The translations under genes were made by a program, and so were the position numbers. The notes under the pieces were generated by a model. It was not told the origin of the DNA. It worked only from the letters and a program-made list of their open reading frames with translations, and searched no databases. Below are positions 63,001 to 64,000 of a stretch of 64,000 bases of DNA, piece after piece. Position 1 is the first letter of the stretch, and each line of letters starts with the position of its first letter. The stretch lies in assembly GCA_030704615.1 (NCBI GenBank), contig CM060731.1:43586001-43650000 (forward strand). Direction: 5' to 3'. Source of the stretch: Takakia lepidozioides (taxonomy: Eukaryota; Plantae; Bryophyta).

Positions 63001-64000
63001 GTCTCTATAGGCCCTGGGTGGAGAGGCAAAGATGAGGCCACAACATCAGCTGATGTTGTGCAGACGAGCAAAGAGGAAATGAAAGAATTGCCCAGCAAGC
63101 AAGATACGCAGGAGTCCATAAATCCAGTTAACTCTCTTGTCGCTGATCGGCTGGCATCCTGGAAAAAGTTCACATCTTCGTCCGAAGGTTGGGAAAGACA
63201 GTCCAGTAACCAGGACTTGATCCAGAGTGAAGCAGATATCAAGGCCAAAGTTCACAAAACAGAAGGCTTGCATTCAGACCTAGAGGATAGGAGGGCAGTG
63301 GCCGGTCCATCAAAAGACACAGGACCTCCAACGTCGTTGAAGCGGCGTCAGAGAGTCTCATGGGGTAATTGGGGTGACCAGCCAGGTGCTTTGGATGACA
63401 ATCTCCCAGTGATTTGTAGGATATGCGAAGAAGAGGTTCCCACATTGCATCTTGAAGAGCATTCTCGCGTTTGTGCATTTGCTGATAGGTGTGACCACAA
63501 GGCACTTAGCATTGATGAACGTCTCCGACGGCTGGCTGAAGTGCTTGAAAAGATGCTGGAATCCTACACTCCCAAGAGCTCTTTGATGGCTGCAATGGGG
63601 AGCCCCGACACAGCCAAGACATCTAGCTCTAACAATGGCGGTGAAAGCTCGGATGGTGGCCTATCAGAGAAGTTTGGCGGAGCTTCTGAGAAGCCTCTTG
63701 TCACTGAGAAGTTTGGAGGCGAATTGCTTCGTCGGGGCTCTGAGGAGATGCTAGAGGACTTGCATGAGATCGATACCATGGCTAGTATGGTTGATGAGCC
63801 AAGGATCAATCCCATAACTTGTAAAACACGGTTTGGGCCTAGGCCTGATCAGTTTATGGCTCCAGCGTCGTCATCTGCCGGTAGTGTGCTGGCACCAGCA
63901 TCCTCTGCAGGCAGCATAACTCCTCGTTCTCCCCTTGCCACTCCAAGGACCAGTCAGATTGACCTCCTTTTGGCTGAGCGAAGCAGCTTTGGAGAGGCAG
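60058..64000 (+). CDS. IRE/IREH1-like AGC serine/threonine kinase, 5' part (kinase domain beyond the window)
   Basis: [79 protein letters not shown] and zinc finger [20 protein letters not shown]. Long open exon from about 62494 to the window end. Confidence 0.9.

Overview
Eukaryotic, intron-containing, transposon-rich DNA from a land plant. Gene content suggests a non-seed plant, most likely a bryophyte (inference). Apparently intact genes: SKIP14/SKIP28-like F-box protein (-), plastid-targeted fructose-6-phosphate-aldolase/TalC-family enzyme (+), LSm6 (-), magnesium chelatase subunit H (+), a bacterial-type GST-fold protein (+), and the 5' part of an IRE/IREH1-like AGC kinase (+, runs off the window). 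A nested Ty3/gypsy cluster occupies about 10.7-20.1 kb. It holds a chromodomain element, the 3' end of a PHD-finger integrase element, and a Tf1/sushi/Tcn1-type element with a self-priming PBS and a -1 frameshift signal. Other mobile DNA: a TSD-flanked LINE in an intron with several 3' fragments elsewhere, a tRNA-derived SINE, a solo LTR splitting an F-box pseudogene, and a degenerate Replitron HUH transposase. Pseudogene fragments resemble TRM82/WDR4, PPR proteins and a fungal-type PD-(D/E)XK nuclease. All family assignments come from motif recognition by eye; no database search was run.
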